Source of the DNA: Hormiphora californensis
Taxonomy: Eukaryota; Animalia; Ctenophora
DNA length: 64,000 bases
Assembly: GCA_020137815.1 (NCBI GenBank)
Contig: CM035361.1
Coordinates: 1,984,001 to 2,048,000, forward strand
Reading direction: 5' to 3'
Below, one piece after another: positions 60,031-64,000 of this stretch. Numbering within the stretch: the stretch's first letter is position 1; the number at the start of each line of letters is the position of its first letter. The notes beneath the pieces are model-generated. The model was not told the DNA's origin. It saw nothing but the letters and a program-made list of their open reading frames with translations, and did not search any database. Made by a program: the position numbers and the translations under genes.

Positions 60031-63000
60031 TTAATTCGGGATCCCTGTTTCACTAACCACTCCTGGTGCCACCGTCATTGAATCAACCTGAGAGAAGTGT
60101 AGTTTTAGCAGGTGCACTGTGCAGACGCAGTGGGGATTTTTCTGGCAGTGGGGGTTTCCAGGCTGGTAGTTGTAACATACAAGGTGCCAATTATTGGTAA
60201 TACGTCCCAACCGTTGGCAGCCAACGGTTGGGACGTTGGTTTCTAATTTCGGGACTCGGGTGCCGGTGGGGAGACAAGCCCAATGAATAAGCTGAGTGTA
60301 AACACCAATAACCATGGTATACAGTATATTGTTTTGATTGTATAACTTACAAAGCTAGGCGGGACGGGGGTATGGTCGACACTGGTAGCTGGTTCAATCG
60401 TTCCACTTCTAGTAGCAATCTAAATGTAGAATAGAGATTTAGAGATATCATCTGATGTCCCCGTAAATATGGGATTAGGAAACTATTCAGTCAAGGCAGA
60501 AGGAGAAAACTAGAGAAAACTAGTGTACACAACAGGCCATCCCTTAGTGGGTCCACCTAATGAATTAAAAAAACAATACAATTATGAATTATCAGAGTCG
60601 TCAATCATTTTAAAAGAAAGAACTGAAAACAGTCGCTTACCGGTGGAATTGCCTTTAGAGGTTTCAACTTTCTGGATCTGAATGGTTGCTTAGCGACAAC
60701 TGGATCCATTATCTCAAACTTAGGGCTGACTCTGAAAACGAATCCTTATATCACATTGTACACACAAATATCACACGGGTACCAACACTAGGTTACTAGA
60801 CACAAACACTCATTTCTATGAGATGAGACTTCTGTATCCTCATTGTAACAACGGCGCCAGACCCCCCATTTGATTCCCAGACAGACGGTGCACTCAGATG
60901 GGGTCGGCGGCGCCAGACAGTGTTTTTATTACGTATACATTCTTGTTTTACCAGAAACGTATACAAATACTGCCCATTGCAGCCTAACAGCTGTGTGCTC
61001 CTAAGTTCCTACCCCCTCCCTATTCCTAACCTGTGTGAGGGTAGTTTGTTAATCTTCATGACTGAAACTACGTTCCCCCGTTCATCGTACTCAACTTCCT
61101 TTAGACCGGGTGGTCGACCGTGCTGTGCCTGAAATTAATGGGCATTTGTAATGATCATTCACCCAGAGGCCACCCATTTTGTTTGGGTCATGGCCAAGTT
61201 TAAGTTGGTGGGTTCAGGGTTTCTACACTCAATGAGAGTCAATAACAATACTCGTCCGAATGCAGAGTTTGTTTTCCCACGGTCTGTGTAACTGCGCGCA
61301 CTAACACTGCTGACAATATTACGCGCACAACTTTCACCAGGTTTCAGGCGCGCGTAACTATGGTAACACGAAGACCTTGTTGCTCAAAACAGGTACACAC
61401 ACAGCTTGCGTTTGGGCAGCAAATGAAGTATTTGGGCAGCAGCCAAGGAACTTACCTTGACCATAGCAGCAGATTGATGCGGCATCATGTTGTCTGGACT
61501 TGCTTCCGTTAGGGTAAAATCATGTTCTGGTATTATCTGTACCTGGGATGAGAAAGTGTGAATAATTTCAAATCGTTTTCCAAAATCTCACATCTAATAT
61601 TTATAAACTCACGACTTCAGGCTGTTGTATCTTTTTGACACGTTTCTTGGGCTTTGTAGGTCGTGCTGGAGAAGGTCGGGTAAATGTTGCACCTCCACCG
61701 TATATAACAGCCTCACACCACTGGTATAAAACTGATGCAGCCGCACTTTTAGATTCAACATCGTCACTTGTGTATCTGAAGAGAAATGATAAGTAATTAA
61801 CTGATAATTATAGAGAAAATAATTAATAATTAAATGATAATTAATTAACTAGTTATCTGTCACTGCTAAACAAATCGTTTCTGTGGTCTCCCTAAAACTT
61901 ACACCATATATTTCCGTTTCAGTTTTTTAACAAGGTTTTCAGGAACATCCTCCACCTTCAAACTCTCCATACGAGTCAAGAGGTCCCCGTTACCAAATAC
62001 CTTCTTAATTTGGCCATACTTAGTTCTGAAATGTTGATAAATTAATGATGAAATCTAGTGATAGATTAGTTTAACAATAATATTTGCACTAAGTATCCAA
62101 AAATTCAATAATTACTTCAATCAATATAAATTATGTTTTTCAGCAAACACACTTACAATAGTTCCCCCTTTATTAGTGAAGCCACCACTGTCATAACATC
62201 TTTAACACACTCGGGCGGGGCACTCAATGCTTTCATCTCTATCAGCACATACTTGATCATCTTGACATCAAACTCAGACTGATGGAAAGTAAGGGGTCAA
62301 AACTAAAAGTTCAACGCCGAAAAAGTTCCTAAAAAAGGTTACAAAGATACTCAAAGAGAGGAACTTATCCGTCTAGTAAACTGGGGGGTTCGACAGCTCT
62401 ACTACTTCACACACCTGTATCTCATCGCATGTAAGCTGGTAACAGTAAACCAGCTGGACCCACGTTGCCAATTTAGCAGCTGCTCCTCCCAATGTACCAC
62501 TAACATGGTCAGGATGCAGTTGGACATTATCAGCAAACCTGTACAGGGCGGGGTCAAAATAGTTGTACCATGTTGTGAAACTGTACAGGGCGGGGTCAAA
62601 ATAGTTGTACCATGTTGTAAAACTGTACAGGGTGGGGTCAGAATAGTTGCACCATGTTGTAAAACTGTACAGGGTGGGGTTAAAATAGTTGTACCAAGTT
62701 GTAAATCTGTACAGGCCACAGGGTAGGGTCAAAATATAGGTGTTGGGTTGGGGGCGGTACGTGGTCAGACATGGTTCATGAGACAAAGTACAAAGTAATT
62801 CAAGCACAAGGTTTTGTTTTGGGTCAAAGTAAAAGGTCTATCTCACATGAACTCACACTTAACACTTGTAAGCTACTGTATAGTAATATGAGCAGAGATA
62901 GAGGAGAAGTTTCAGTTGTTGAGGTCAGAACAGAACTCTAGAAGTCAGAAGAGAACTCTGCTATAGGGAGTTTTCACATCTCACTAACTAACGCGGTATA

Positions 63001-63239
63001 CTTATGTGACACGCTGCATCGCAGAGTGGCACAAAAATAGTTGTACCATGTTGTCGGCAGTAGCCAAGAACATAGAATTTGTGCGGTAAAATATTATTTG
63101 AATTCTAAAACGAAGGATTTCTTACGTTTTGAGACTCTCAGTACATGGTCTTGGTAGGATTTCAGCAGTTGAAGTATTGATCTGGTAGATAGTCTTTTCT
63201 AATTCCTCGAGAAACGTGTCATACCTATGTGGGTATAAA

Positions 63240-63318
<79 letters not shown>

Positions 63319-63342
63319 GAGAGAGAGATAGAGAGAGAGAAA

Positions 63343-63430
<88 letters not shown>

Positions 63431-64000
63431 AAGGGACTCACTTGTAGGTCTTATGATCCTGTTGCAGTGTCAACATGACCGCTTGGTAAAGGTAATTCTG
63501 CAGAGCTGGAGGTTCCTCGACACTCCGTAAACAGGCCACAACATCATTAGAAATACTGTACTGTTTGATACTGTCTCTTATCTGGTAAAGAGGGGATAGT
63601 TAGAAATACTGTAATGTTTGATACTGCCTGGTAAAGAGGGGGTAGTATTTACTCTTATACGAGGTACAATCAATAAAGTTGTCGGCAACTGATTTACTGC
63701 TAGAGGCAGAGGCCCAAAAATGGCTTTTCTACGGAATATTTAGTTACCTTATTTAGTTTGGTTATATTTGGTTTCTCAGTGAGAGGGTCAAAGATGGACA
63801 ATGCCTGATCTTCCTCCTGCTGCTGTTCAGTATTTTGGGTGTCATCCGGCCTAGGGAAACAAAATACAAATTAGTAATTAAGAAAATCAATCAATAATAT
63901 CAATTATTAAATCTATGTTTGTATTTCTCTCTCTCTCCAATCCAAAAACTTACAAATTCTCTTCATCCTCTTGAACCTCTCCCTCCTCCCTAATATCAAT
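60031..64000 (-). CDS. 5'-partial protein with two tandem dynein-MTBD-like domains and a C2orf81-like C-terminus
   Basis: 13 in-phase exons: >64000-63954, 63850-63748, 63581-63442, 63224-63126, 62538-62415, 62278-62157, 62025-61903, 61775-61613, 61542-61456, 61128-61031, 60731-60641, 60419-60351, 60087-60031. Exon structure is strong; domain calls are by eye. Confidence 0.8.
62539..62720. repeat. 42-bp tandem repeat, ~4.5 copies, each carrying a splice acceptor
   Basis: Minus-strand cctgtacag| at 62539, 62581, 62623, 62665, 62707. Confidence 0.92.
63245..63432. repeat. (AG)n microsatellite filling most of an intron
   Basis: AG run; as (CT)n on the coding strand it makes up most of intron 63225-63441. 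Confidence 0.95.

Noticed and set aside
60031-64000. Call as a dynein heavy chain
   Set aside because: No AAA/P-loop or stalk coiled coil after the MTBD-like repeats; the protein ends ~160 aa later.

Overview
Intron-rich animal genomic DNA with short GT-AG introns, very abundant (AG)n/(CT)n microsatellites and many non-autonomous transposons. A 37-nt match to the ctenophore spliced leader and a 93-bp repeat I recall from Pleurobrachia gene models (both from memory, not searched) suggest a cydippid ctenophore such as Pleurobrachia or Hormiphora. Ten spliced genes were reconstructed by hand with phase-consistent exons: a partial unknown gene (+), DNAJB12/14 (+), a LIM-only abLIM-like gene (-), a calmodulin-like gene with a ~183-aa N-terminal extension (-), a PRR13-like gene (+), a 95-aa putative secreted orphan (-), a ~124-aa orphan (-), EEF1G (-), an ADF/cofilin gene (-), and a 5'-partial gene that seems to join two tandem dynein-type microtubule-binding domains (no motor) to a C2orf81-like C-terminus (-). 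Mobile DNA: Tc1/mariner-, PIF/Harbinger-, hAT- and Mutator-type MITEs, a 2.4-kb foldback element, a Helitron-like element with a perfect RFX X-box, and a truncated L2/CR1-type LINE inside a tandem duplication whose other copy preserves the empty sites. Most interesting: the motor-less tandem-MTBD protein, the genomically embedded spliced leader, and recurrent tandem arrays of duplicated splice sites. About 9-14.8 kb and 32.3-38 kb have no coding sequence I can support.
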